Assembly (NCBI GenBank): GCA_964016885.1
Contig: OZ024747.1
Location: 52,514,001 to 52,578,000 of the forward strand
Origin: Eledone cirrhosa
Taxonomy: Eukaryota
Direction: 5' to 3'
Length of the DNA: 64,000 nucleotides
Each line of letters opens with the position of its first letter. Position 1 is the first letter of the stretch. The position numbers were made by a program, and so were the translations under genes. Shown piece by piece: positions 10,601 to 24,400 of the stretch. The notes under the pieces were generated by a model. The model was not told the DNA's origin and made no database searches. It worked only from the letters and a program-made list of their open reading frames with translations.

Positions 10601-13600
10601 AGTGTTGGTGTAGAGTAAAACAGAGAGAACCAGTACATAGGACAGTGTTGGTGTAGGGTAAAACAGAGAGAACCAGTACGTAGCACAGAGTCGGTGTAGA
10701 GTAAAACAGAGAGAACCAGTACGTAGCACAGAGTCGGTGTAGAGTAAAACAGAGAGAACCAGTACATAGGACAGTGTTGGTGTAGAGTAAAACAGAGAGA
10801 ACCAGTACATAGGACAGTGTTGGTGTAGAGTAAAACAGAGAGAACCAGTACATAGGACAGAGTAGGTGTAGTGTAAAACAGAGAACAGAGAGAACCAGTA
10901 CGTAGCACAGTGTTGGTGTAGAGTAAAACAGAGAGAACCAGTACGTAGCACAGAGTCGGTGTAGAGTAAAACAGAGAGAACCAGTACGTAGCACAGACTC
11001 GGTGTAGAATAAAACAGAGAGAACCAGTACGTAGCACAGAGTCGGTGTAGAGTAAAACAGAGACAGCCAGTACATAGAACAGAGTCGGTGTAGAGTAAAA
11101 CAGAGAGAACCAGTACATAGGACAGAGTCACTGTAGAGTAAAACAGAGAGAACTAGTACATAGGACAGAGTCAGAGTAGAGTAAAACAGAGAGAACCAGT
11201 ACATAGGACAGAGTCGGTGTAGAGTAAAACAGAGAGAACCAGTACATAGGACAGAGTTGATGTAGGGTAAAACAGAGAGAACTAGTACATAGGACAGAGT
11301 TGGTGTAGTGTAAAACAGAGAGAACCAGTACATAGGACAGAGTCGGTGTAGAGTAAAACATAGAGAACCAGTACATAGGACAGAGTTGATGTAGGGTAAA
11401 ACAGAGAGAACCAGTACATAGGACAGAGTAGGTGTAGAGTAAAACAGAGAGAACCAGTACATAGGACAGTGTTGGTGTAGAGTAAAACAGAGAGAACCAG
11501 TACGTAGCACAGAGTCGGTGTAGAGTAAAACAGAGAGAACCAGTACGTAGCACAGAGTCGGTGTAGAGTAAAACAGAGAGAACCAGTACATAGGACAGTG
11601 TTGGTGTAGAGTAAAACAGAGAGAACCAGTACATAGGACAGTGTTGGTGTAGAGTAAAACAGAGAGAACCAGTACATAGGACAGAGTAGGTGTAGTGTAA
11701 AACAGAGAACAGAGAGAACCAGTACATAGGACAGTGTTGGTGTAGAGTAAAACAGAGAGAACCAGTACGTAGCACAGAGTCGCTGTAGAGTAAAACAGAG
11801 AGAACCAGTACATAGGACAGTGTTGGTGTAGAGTAAAACAGAGAGAACCAGTACATAGGACAGTGTTGGTGTAGAGTAAAACAGAGAGAACCAGTACATA
11901 GGACAGAGTAGGTGTAGTGTAAAACAGAGAGAACCAGTACATATGACAGAGTAGGTGTAGAGTAAAACAGAGAGAACCAGTATATAGGACAGAGTCGGTG
12001 TAGAGTAAAACAGAGAGAACCAGTACGTAGCACAGAGTCGGTGTAGAGTAAAACAGAGAGAACCAGTACATAGGACAGTGTTGGTGTAGAGTAAAACAGA
12101 GAGGACCAGTACATAGGACAGTGTTGGTGTAGAGTAAAACAGAGAGAACCAGTACGTAGCACAGAGTCGCTGTAGAGTAAAACAGAGAGAACCAGTACAT
12201 AGGACAGTGTTGGTGTAGAGTAACACAGAGAGAACCAGTACATAGAACAGAGTCGGTGTAGAGTAAGACAGAGAGAACCAGTACATAGGACAGTGTTGGT
12301 GTAGAGTAAAACAGAGAGAACCAGTACGTAGCACAGTGTTGGTGTAGAGTAAAACAGAGAGAACCAGTACGTAGCACAGAGTCGGTGTAGAGTAAGACAG
12401 AGAGAACCAGTACATAGGACAGTGTTGGTGTAGAGTAAAACAGAGAGAACCAGTACGTAGCACAGAGTCGGTGTAGAGTAAAACAGAGAGAACCAGTACG
12501 TAGCACAGAGTCGGTGTAGAGTAAAACAGAGAGAACCAGTACATAGGACAGTGTTGGTGTAGAGTAAAACAGAGAGAACCAGTACATAGGACATTGTTGG
12601 TGTAGAGTAAAACAGAGAGAACCAGTACGTAGCACAGTGTTGGTGTAGAGTAAAACAGAGAGAACCAGTACGTAGCACAGAGTCGGTGTAGAGTAAAACA
12701 GAGAGAACCAGTACGTAGCACAGAGTCGGTGTAGAGTAAAACAGAGAGAACCAGTACATAGGACAGTGTTGGTGTAGAGTAAAACAGAGAGAACCAGTAC
12801 ATAGGACAGTGTTGGTGTAGAGTAAAACAGAGAGAACCAGTACGTAGCACAGTGTTGGTGTAGAGTAAAACAGAGAGAACCAGTACGTAGCACAGAGTCG
12901 ATGTAGAGTAAAACAGAGAGAACCAGTACATAGGACAGTGTTGGTGTAGAGTAAAACAGAGAGAACCAGTACATAGGACAGAGTCACTGTAGAGTAAAAC
13001 AGAGAGAACCAGTACGTAGCACAGTTGTGGTGTAGAGTAAAACAGAGAGAACCAGTACGTAGCACAGAGTCGCTGTAGAGTAAAACAGAGAGAACCAGTA
13101 CATAGAACAGAGTCGGTGTAGAGTAAAACAGAGAGAACCAGTACATAGGACAGAGTCACTGTAGAGTAAAACAGAGAACTAGTACATAGGACAGAGTCAG
13201 AGTAGAGTAAAACAGAGAGAACCAGTACATAGGAGAGAGTCGGTGTAGAGTAAAACAGAGAGAACCAGTACATAGGACAGAGTTGATGTAGGGTAAAACA
13301 GAGAGAACCAGTACATAGGACAGAGTTGGTGTACTGTAAAACAGAGAGAACCAGTACATAGGACAGAGTCGGTGTAGAGTAAAACATAGAGAACACGTAC
13401 ATAGGACAGAGTTGATGTAGGGTAAAACAGAGAGAACCAGTACATAGGAGAGTCAGAGTAGAGTAAAACAGAGAACCAGTACATAGGACAGAGTTGGTGT
13501 AGAGTAAAACAGAGAGAACCAGTACACAGGACAGAGTTGGTGTAGAGTAAAACAGAGAGAACCAGTACATATGACAGAGTAGGTGTAGAGTAAAACAGAG

Positions 13601-13655
13601 AGAACCAGTACATAGGACAGAGTCGGTGTAGAGTAAAACAGAGAGAACCAGTACA
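6735..13655. repeat. Tandem duplication of an ~3.4-kb (80-monomer) block, offset 3448 then 3405 bp
   Basis: Shared variants: gacagcc (7614/11062), gaataaaac (~7560/11008) and a 41-bp aaacagagaaccagt monomer (~10061/13466). ORF-track stop positions shift by 3448 (6838/10286, 7680/11128) and then by 3405 (9751/13156, 10048/13453), so one monomer is missing from copy 2. Confidence 0.85.
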
Positions 13656-16600
13656 TAGGAGAGTGTTGGTGTAGAGTAAAACAGAGAGAACCAGTACATA
13701 GGACAGTGTTGGTGTAGAGTAAAACAGAGAGAACCAGTACATAGGACAGAGTAGCTGTAGTGTAAAACAGAGAACAGAGAGAACCAGTACATAGGACAGT
13801 GTTGGTGTAGAGTAAAACACAGAGAACCAGTACGTAGCACAGAGTCGGTGTAGAGTAAAACAGAGAGAACCAGTACATAGGACAGAGTCGGTGTAGAGTA
13901 AAACAGAGAGAACCAGTACATAGGACATTGTTGGTGTAGAGTAAAACAGAGAGAACCAGTACATAGCACAGTGTTGGTGTAGAGTAAAACAGAGAGAACC
14001 AGTACGTAGCACAGAGTCGGTGTAGAGTAAAACAGAGAGAACCAGTACGTAGCACAGAGTCGGTGTAGAGTAAAACAGAGAGAACCAGTACGTAGCACAG
14101 AGTCGGTGTAGAGTAAAACAGAGAGAACCAGTACATAGGACAGTGTTGGTGTAGAGTTAAACAGAGAGAACCAGTACATAGGACAGTGTTGGTGTAGAGT
14201 AAAACAGAGAGAACCAGTACGTAGCACAGAGTCGATGTAGAGTAAAACAGAGAGAACCAGTACATAGGACAGTGTTGGTGTAGAGTAAAACAGAGAGAAC
14301 CAGTACATAGGACAGAGTCACTGTAGAGTAAAACAGAGAGAACCAGTACGTAGCACAGTTGTGGTGTAGAGTAAAACAGAGAGAACCAGTACGTAGCACA
14401 GAGTCGCTGTAGAGTAAAACAGAGAGAACCAGTACATAGAACAGAGTCGGTGTAGAGTAAAACAGAGAGAACCAGTACATAGGACAGAGTCACTGTAGAG
14501 TAAAACAGAGAACTAGTACATAGGACAGAGTCAGAGTAGAGTAGAGTAAAACAGAGAGAACCAGTACATAGGACAGAGTCGGTGTAGAGAAAAACAGAGA
14601 GAACCAGTACATAGGACAGAGTTGATGTAGGGTAAAACAGAGAGAACCAGTACATAGGACAGAGTTGGTGTAGAGTAAAACAGAGAGAACCAGTACATAG
14701 GAGAGTCAGAGTAGAGTAAAACAGAGAGAACCAGTACATAGGACAGAGTTGGTGTAGAGTAAAACAGAGAGAACCAGTACACAGGACAGAGTTGGTGTAG
14801 AGTAAAACAGAGAGAACCAGTACATATGACAGAGTAGGTGTAGAGTAAAACAGAGAGAACCAGTACATAGGACAGAGTCGGTGTAGAGTAAAACAGAGAG
14901 AACCAGTACATAGGAGAGTGTTGGTGTAGAGTAAAACAGAGAGAACCAGTACATAGGACAGTGTTGGTGTAGAGTAAAACAGAGAGAACCAGTACATAGG
15001 ACAGAGTAGCTGTAGTGTAAAACAGAGAACAGAGAGAACCAGTACATAGGACAGTGTTGGTGTAGAGTAAAACAGAGAGAACCAGTACGTAGCACAGAGT
15101 CGGTGTAGAGTAAAACAGAGAGAACCAGTACATAGGACAGAGTCGGTGTAGAGTAAAACAGAGAGAACCAGTACATAGGACATTGTTGGTGTAGAGTAAA
15201 ACAGAGAGAACCAGTACGTAGCACAGTGTTGGTGTAGAGTAAAACAGAGAGAACCAGTACGTAGCACAGAGTCGGTGTAGAGTAAAACAGAGAGAACCAG
15301 TACGTAGCACAGAGTCGGTGTAGAGTAAAACAGAGAGAACCAGTACATAGCACAGAGTCGGTGTAGAGTAAAACAGAGAGAACCAGTACATAGGACAGTG
15401 TTGGTGTAGAGTAAAACAGAGAGAACCAGTACATAGGACAGTGTTGGTGTAGAGTAAAACAGAGAGAACCAGTACGTAGCACAGAGTCGATGTAGAGTAA
15501 ACCAGAGAGAACCAGTACATAGGACAGTGTTGGTGTAGAGTAAAACAGAGAGAACCAGTACATAGGACAGAGTCACTGTAGAGTAAAACAGAGAGAACCA
15601 GTACGTAGCACAGTTGTGGTGTAGAGTAAAACAGAGAGAACCAGTACATAGAACAGAGTCGGTGTAGAGTAAAACAGAGAGAACCAGTACATAGGACAGA
15701 GTCACTGTAGAGTAAAACAGAGAACTAGTACATAGGACAGAGTCAGAGTAGAGTAAAACAGAGAGAACCAGTACATAGGACAGAGTCGGTGTAGAGTAAA
15801 ACAGAGAGAACCAGTACATAGGACAGAGTTGATGTAGGGTAAAACAGAGAGAACCAGTACATAGGACAGAGTTGGTGTACTGTAAAACAGAGAGAACCAG
15901 TACATAGGACAGAGTCGGTGTAGAGTAAAACATAGAGAACACGTACATAGGACAGAGTTGATGTAGGGTAAAACAGAGAGAACCAGTACATAGGACAGAG
16001 TTGGTGTAGAGTAAAACAGAGAGAACCAGTACATAGGAGAGTCAGAGTAGAGTAAAACAGAGAGAACCAGTACATAGGACAGAGTTGGTGTAGAGTAAAA
16101 CAGAGAGAACCAGTACACAGGACAGAGTTGGTGTAGAGTAAAACAGAGAGAACCAGTACATATGACAGAGTAGGTGTAGAGTAAAACAGAGAGAACCAGT
16201 ACATAGGACAGAGTCGGTGTAGAGTAAAACAGAGAGAACCAGTACATAGGAGAGTGTTGGTGTAGAGTAAAACAGAGAGAACCAGTACATAGGACAGTGT
16301 TGGTGTAGAGTAAAACAGAGAGAACCAGTACATAGGACAGAGTAGGTGTAGTGTAAAACAGAGAACAGAGAGAACCAGTACGTAGCACAGTGTTGGTGTA
16401 GAGTAAAACAGAGAGAACCAGTACGTAGCACAGAGTCGGTGTAGAGTAAAACAGAGAGAACCAGTACGTAGCACAGACTCGGTGTAGAGTAAAACAGAGA
16501 GAACCAGTACGTAGCACAGAGTCGGTGTAGAGTAAAACAGAGAGAACCAGTACATAGAACAGAGTCGGTGTAGAGTAAAACAGAGAGAACCAGTACATAG

Positions 16601-19600
16601 GACAGAGTCACTGTAGAGTAAAACAGAGAGAACTAGTACATAGGACAGAGTCAGAGTAGAGTAAAACAGAGAGAACCAGTACATAGGACAGAGTCGGTGT
16701 AGAGTAAAACAGAGAGAACCAGTACATAGGACAGAGTTGGTGTAGTGTAAAACAGAGAGAACCAGTACATAGGACAGAGTCGGTGTAGAGTAAAACATAG
16801 AGAACCAGTACATAGGACAGAGTTGATGTAGGGTAAAACAGAGAGAACCAGTACATAGGACAGAGTTGGTGTAGAGTAAAACAGAGAGAACCAGTACATA
16901 GGACAGTGTTGGTGTAGAGTAAAACAGAGAGAACCAGTACGTAGCACAGAGTCGGTGTAGAGTAAAACAGAGAACCAGTACGTAGCACAGAGTCGGTGTA
17001 GAGTAAAACAGAGAGAACCAGTACATAGGACAGTGTTGGTGTAGAGTAAAACAGAGAGAACCAGTACATAGGACAGTGTTGGTGTAGAGTAAAACAGAGA
17101 GAACCAGTACATAGGACAGTGTTGGTGTAGGGTAAAACAGAGAGAACCAGTACGTAGCACAGAGTCGGTGTAGAATAAAACAGAGAGAACCAGTACGTAG
17201 CACAGAGTCGGTGTAGAGTAAAACAGAGAGAACCAGTACATAGGACAGTGTTGGTGTAGAGTAAAACAGAGAGAACCAGTACATAGGACAGTGTTGGTGT
17301 AGAGTAAAACAGAGAGAACCAGTACATAGGACAGTGTTGGTGTAGGGTAAAACAGAGAGAACCAGTACGTAGCACAGAGTCGGTGTAGAATAAAACAGAG
17401 AGAACCAGTACATAGGACAGAGTCACTGTAGAGTAAAACAGAGAGAACTAGTACATAGGACAGAGTCAGAGTAGAGTAAAACAGAGAGAACCAGTACATA
17501 GGACAGAGTCGGTGTAGAGTAAAACAGAGAGAACCAGTACATAGGACAGAGTTGATGTAGGGTAAAACAGAGAGAACTAGTACATAGGACAGAGTTGGTG
17601 TAGTGTAAAACAGAGAGAACCAGTACATAGGACAGAGTCGGTGTAGAGTAAAACATAGAGAACCAGTACGTAGCACAGAGTCGGTGTAGAGTAAAACAGA
17701 GAGAACCAGTACGTAGCACAGAGTCGGTGTAGAGTAAAACAGAGAGAACCAGTACATAGGACAGTGTTGGTGTAGAGTAAAACAGAGAGAACCAGTACAT
17801 AGGACAGTGTTGGTGTAGAGTAAAACAGAGAGAACCAGTACATAGGACAGAGTAGGTGTAGTGTAAAACAGAGAACAGAGAGAACCAGTACATAGTACAG
17901 TGTTGGTGTAGAGTAAAACAGAGAGAACCAGTACGTAGCACAGAGTCGCTGTAGAGTAAAACAGAGAGAACCAGTACATAGGACAGTGTTGGTGTAGAGT
18001 AAAACAGAGAGAACCAGTACATAGGACAGTGTTGGTGTAGAGTAAAACAGAGAGAACCAGTACATAGGACAGAGTAGGTGTAGTGTAAAACAGAGAGAAC
18101 CAGTACATATGACAGAGTAGGTGTAGAGTAAAACAGAGAGAACCAGTATATAGGACAGAGTCGGTGTAGAGTAAAACAGAGAGAACCAGTACGTAGCACA
18201 GAGTCGCTGTAGAGTAAAACAGAGAGAACCAGTACGTAGCACAGAGTCGGTGTAGAGTAAAACAGAGAGAACCAGTACATAGGACAGTGTTGGTGTAGAG
18301 TAAAACAGAGAGGACCAGTACATAGGACAGTGTTGGTGTAGAGTAAAACAGAGAGAACCAGTACGTAGCACAGAGTCGCTGTAGAGTAAAACAGAGAGAA
18401 CCAGTACATAGGACAGTGTTGGTGTAGAGTAAAACAGAGAGAACCAGTACATAGGACAGTGTTGGTGTAGAGTAAAACAGAGAGAACCAGTACATAGGAC
18501 AGAGTCGGTGTAGAGTAAAACAGAGAGAACCAGTACATAGGACAGAGTTGATGTAGGGTAAAACAGAGAGAACTAGTACATAGGACAGAGTTGGTGTAGT
18601 GTAAAACAGAGAGAACCAGTACATAGGACAGAGTCGGTGTAGAGTAAAACATAGAGAACCAGTACATAGGACAGAGTTGATGTAGGGTAAAACAGAGAGA
18701 ACCAGTACATAGGACAGAGTAGGTGTAGAGTAAAACAGAGAGAACCAGTACATAGGACAGTGTTGGTGTAGAGTAAAACAGAGAGAACCAGTACATAGCA
18801 CAGAGTCGGTGTAGAGTAAAACAGAGAGAACCAGTACGTAGCACAGAGTCGGTGTAGAGTAAAACAGAGAGAACCAGTACATAGGACAGTGTTGGTGTAG
18901 AGTAAAACAGAGAGAACCAGTACATAGGACAGTGTTGGTGTAGAGTAAAACAGAGAGAACCAGTACATAGGACAGAGTAGGTGTAGTGTAAAACAGAGAA
19001 CAGAGAGAACCAGTACATAGGACAGTGTTGGTGTAGAGTAAAACAGAGAGAACCAGTACGTAGCACAGAGTCGCTGTAGAGTAAAACAGAGAGAACCAGT
19101 ACATAGGACAGTGTTGGTGTAGAGTAAAACAGAGAGAACCAGTACATAGGACAGTGTTGGTGTAGAGTAAAACAGAGAGAACCAGTACATAGGACAGAGT
19201 AGGTGTAGTGTAAAACAGAGAGAACCAGTACATATGACAGAGTAGGTGTAGAGTAAAACAGAGAGAACCAGTATATAGGACAGAGTCGGTGTAGAGTAAA
19301 ACAGAGAGAACCAGTACGTAGCACAGAGTCGCTGTAGAGTAAAACAGAGAGAACCAGTACGTAGCACAGAGTCGGTGTAGAGTAAAACAGAGAGAACCAG
19401 TACATAGGACAGTGTTGGTGTAGAGTAAAACAGAGAGGACCAGTACATAGGACAGTGTTGGTGTAGAGTAAAACAGAGAGAACCAGTACGTAGCACAGAG
19501 TCGCTGTAGAGTAAAACAGAGAGAACCAGTACATAGGACAGTGTTGGTGTAGAGTAAAACAGAGAGAACCAGTACATAGAACAGAGTCGGTGTAGAGTAA

Positions 19601-21409
19601 GACAGAGAGAACCAGTACATAGGACAGTGTTGGTGTAGAGTAAAACAGAGAGAACCAGTACGTAGCACAGTGTTGGTGTAGAGTAAAACAGAGAGAACCA
19701 GTACGTAGCACAGAGTCGGTGTAGAGTAAGACAGAGAGAACCAGTACATAGGACAGTGTTGGTGTAGAGTAAAACAGAGAGAACCAGTACGTAGCACAGA
19801 GTCGGTGTAGAGTAAAACAGAGAGAACCAGTACATAGGACAGTGTTGGTGTAGAGTAAAACAGAGAGAACCAGTACATAGGACATTGTTGGTGTAGAGTA
19901 AAACAGAGAGAACCAGTACGTAGCACAGTGTTGGTGTAGAGTAAAACAGAGAGAACCAGTACGTAGCACAGAGTCGGTGTAGAGTAAAACAGAGAGAACC
20001 AGTACGTAGCACAGAGTCGGTGTAGAGTAAAACAGAGAGAACCAGTACATAGGACAGTGTTGGTGTAGAGTAAAACAGAGAGAACCAGTACATAGGACAG
20101 TGTTGGTGTAGAGTAAAACAGAGAGAACCAGTACGTAGCACAGTGTTGGTGTAGAGTAAAACAGAGAGAACGAGTACGTAGCACAGAGTCGATGTAGAGT
20201 AAAACAGAGAGAACCAGTACATAGGACAGTGTTGGTGTAGAGTAAAACAGAGAGAACCAGTACATAGGACAGAGTCACTGTAGAGTAAAACAGAGAGAAC
20301 CAGTACGTAGCACAGTTGTGGTGTAGAGTAAAACAGAGAGAACCAGTACGTAGCACAGAGTCGCTGTAGAGTAAAACAGAGAGAACCATTACATAGAACA
20401 GAGTCGGTGTAGAGTAAAACAGAGAGAACCAGTACATAGGACAGAGTCACTGTAGAGTAAAACAGAGAACTAGTACATAGGACAGAGTCAGAGTAGAGTA
20501 AAACAGAGAGAACCAGTACATAGGAGAGAGTCGGTGTAGAGTAAAACAGAGAGAACCAGTACATAGGACAGAGTTGATGTAGGGTAAAACAGAGAGAACC
20601 AGTACATAGGACAGAGTTGGTGTACTGTAAAACAGAGAGAACCAGTACATAGGACAGAGTCGGTGTAGAGTAAAACATAGAGAACACGTACATAGGACAG
20701 AGTTGATGTAGGGTAAAACAGAGAGAACCAGTACATAGGAGAGTCAGAGTAGAGTAAAACAGAGAGAACCAGTACATAGGACAGAGTTGGTGTAGAGTAA
20801 AACAGAGAGAACCAGTACACAGGACAGAATTGGTGTAGAGTAAAACAGAGAGAACCAGTACATATGACAGAGTAGGTGTAGAGTAAAACAGAGAGAACCA
20901 GTACATAGGACAGAGTCGGTGTAGAGTAAAACAGAGAGAACCAGTACATAGGAGAGTGTTGGTGTAGAGTAAAACAGAGAGAACCAGTACATAGGACAGT
21001 GTTGGTGTAGAGTAAAACAGAGAGAACCAGTACATAGGACAGAGTAGCTGTAGTGTAAAACAGAGAACAGAGAGAACCAGTACATAGGACAGTGTTGGTG
21101 TAGAGTAAAACAGAGAGAACCAGTACGTAGCACAGAGTCGGTGTAGAGTAAAACAGAGAGAACCAGTACATAGGACAGAGTCGGTGTAGAGTAAAACAGA
21201 GAGAACCAGTACATAGGACATTGTTGGTGTAGAGTAAAACAGAGAGAACCAGTACGTAGCACAGTGTTGGTGTAGAGTAAAACAGATAGAACCAGTACGT
21301 AGCACAGAGTCGGTGTAGAGTAAAACAGAGAGAACCAGTACATAGGACAGTGTTGGTGTAGAGTAAAACAGAGAGGACCAGTACATAGGACAGTGTTGGT
21401 GTAGAGTAA

Positions 21410-24400
21410 AACAGAGAGAACCAGTACGTAGCACAGAGTCGCTGTAGAGTAAAACAGAGAGAACCAGTACATAGGACAGTGTTGGTGTAGAGTAAAACAG
21501 AGAGAACCAGTACATAGGACAGTGTTGGTGTAGAGTAAAACAGAGAGAACCAGTACATAGGACAGAGTCGGTGTAGAGTAAAACAGAGAGAACCAGTACA
21601 TAGGACAGAGTTGATGTAGGGTAAAACAGAGAGAACTAGTACATAGGACAGAGTTGGTGTAGTGTAAAACAGAGAGAACCAGTACATAGGACAGAGTCGG
21701 TGTAGAGTAAAACATAGAGAACCAGTACATAGGACAGAGTTGATGTAGGGTAAAACAGAGAGAACCAGTACATAGGACAGTGTTGGTGTAGGGTAAAACA
21801 GAGAGAACCAGTACGTAGCACAGAGTCGGTGTAGAATAAAACAGAGAGAACCAGTACGTAGCACAGAGTCGGTGTAGAGTAAAACAGAGAGAACCAGTAC
21901 ATAGGACAGTGTTGGTGTAGAGTAAAACAGAGAGAACCAGTACATAGGACAGTGTTGGTGTAGAGTAAAACAGAGAGAACCAGTACATAGGACAGAGTAG
22001 GTGTAGTGTAAAACAGAGAACAGAGAGAACCAGTACGTAGCACAGTGTTGGTGTAGAGTAAAACAGAGAGAACCAGTACGTAGCACAGAGTCGGTGTAGA
22101 GTAAAACAGAGAGAACCAGTACGTAGCACAGACTCGGTGTAGAGTAAAACAGAGAGAACCAGTACGTAGCACAGAGTCGGTGTAGAGTAAAACAGAGAGA
22201 GCCAGTACATAGAACAGAGTCGGTGTAGAGTAAAACAGAGAGAACCAGTACATAGGACAGAGTCACTGTAGAGTAAAACAGAGAGAACTAGTACATAGGA
22301 CAGAGTCAGAGTAGAGTAAAACAGAGAGAACCAGTACATAGGACAGAGTCGGTGTAGAGTAAAACAGAGAGAACCAGTACATAGGACAGAGTTGATGTAG
22401 GGTAAAACAGAGAGAACTAGTACATAGGACAGAGTTGGTGTAGTGTAAAACAGAGAGAACCAGTACATAGGACAGAGTCGGTGTAGAGTAAAACATAGAG
22501 AACCAGTACATAGGACAGAGTTGATGTAGGGTAAAACAGAGAGAACCAGTACATAGGACAGAGTAGGTGTAGAGTAAAACAGAGAGAACCAGTACATAGG
22601 ACAGTGTTGGTGTAGAGTAAAACAGAGAGAACCAGTACGTAGCACAGAGTCGGTGTAGAGTAAAACAGAGAGAACCAGTACGTAGCACAGAGTCGGTGTA
22701 GAGTAAAACAGAGAGAACCAGTACATAGGACAGTGTTGGTGTAGAGTAAAACAGAGAGAACCAGTACATAGGACAGTGTTGGTGTAGAGTAAAACAGAGA
22801 GAACCAGTACATAGGACAGAGTAGGTGTAGTGTAAAACAGAGAACAGAGAGAACCAGTACATAGTACAGTGTTGGTGTAGAGTAAAACAGAGAGAACCAG
22901 TACGTAGCACAGAGTCGCTGTAGAGTAAAACAGAGAGAACCAGTACATAGGACAGTGTTGGTGTAGAGTAAAACAGAGAGAACCAGTACATAGGACAGTG
23001 TTGGTGTAGAGTAAAACAGAGAGAACCAGTACATAGGACAGAGTAGGTGTAGTGTAAAACAGAGAGAACCAGTACATATGACAGAGTAGGTGTAGAGTAA
23101 AACAGAGAGAACCAGTATATAGGACAGAGTCGGTGTAGAGTAAAACAGAGAGAACCAGTACGTAGCACAGAGTCGCTGTAGAGTAAAACAGAGAGAACCA
23201 GTACGTAGCACAGAGTCGGTGTAGAGTAAAACAGAGAGAACCAGTACATAGGACAGTGTTGGTGTAGAGTAAAACAGAGAGGACCAGTACATAGGACAGT
23301 GATGGTGTAGAGTAAAACAGAGAGAACCAGTACGTAGCACAGAGTCGCTGTAGAGTAAAACAGAGAGAACCAGTACATAGGACAGTGTTGGTGTAGAGTA
23401 AAACAGAGAGAACCAGTACATAGGACAGTGTTGGTGTAGAGTAAAACAGAGAGAACCAGTACATAGGACAGAGTCGGTGTAGAGTAAAACAGAGAGAACC
23501 AGTACATAGGACAGAGTTGATGTAGGGTAAAACAGAGAGAACTAGTACATAGGACAGAGTTGGTGTAGTGTAAAACAGAGAGAACCAGTACATAGGACAG
23601 AGTCGGTGTAGAGTAAAACATAGAGAACCAGTACATAGGACAGAGTTGATGTAGGGTAAAACAGAGAGAACCAGTACATAGGACAGAGTAGGTGTAGAGT
23701 AAAACAGAGAGAACCAGTACATAGGACAGTGTTGGTGTAGAGTAAAACAGAGAGAACCAGTACATAGCACAGAGTCGGTGTAGAGTAAAACAGAGAGAAC
23801 CAGTACGTAGCACAGAGTCGGTGTAGAGTAAAACAGAGAGAACCAGTACATAGGACAGTGTTGGTGTAGAGTAAAACAGAGAGAACCAGTACATAGGACA
23901 GTGTTGGTGTAGAGTAAAACAGAGAGAACCAGTACATAGGACAGAGTAGGTGTAGTGTAAAACAGAGAACAGAGAGAACCAGTACATAGGACAGTGTTGG
24001 TGTAGAGTAAAACAGAGAGAACCAGTACGTAGCACAGAGTCGCTGTAGAGTAAAACAGAGAGAACCAGTACATAGGACAGTGTTGGTGTAGAGTAAAACA
24101 GAGAGAACCAGTACATAGGACAGTGTTGGTGTAGAGTAAAACAGAGAGAACCAGTACATAGGACAGAGTAGGTGTAGTGTAAAACAGAGAGAACCAGTAC
24201 ATATGACAGAGTAGGTGTAGAGTAAAACAGAGAGAACCAGTATATAGGACAGAGTCGGTGTAGAGTAAAACAGAGAGAACCAGTACGTAGCACAGAGTCG
24301 CTGTAGAGTAAAACAGAGAGAACCAGTACGTAGCACAGAGTCGGTGTAGAGTAAAACAGAGAGAACGAGTACATAGGACAGTGTTGGTGTAGAGTAAAAC

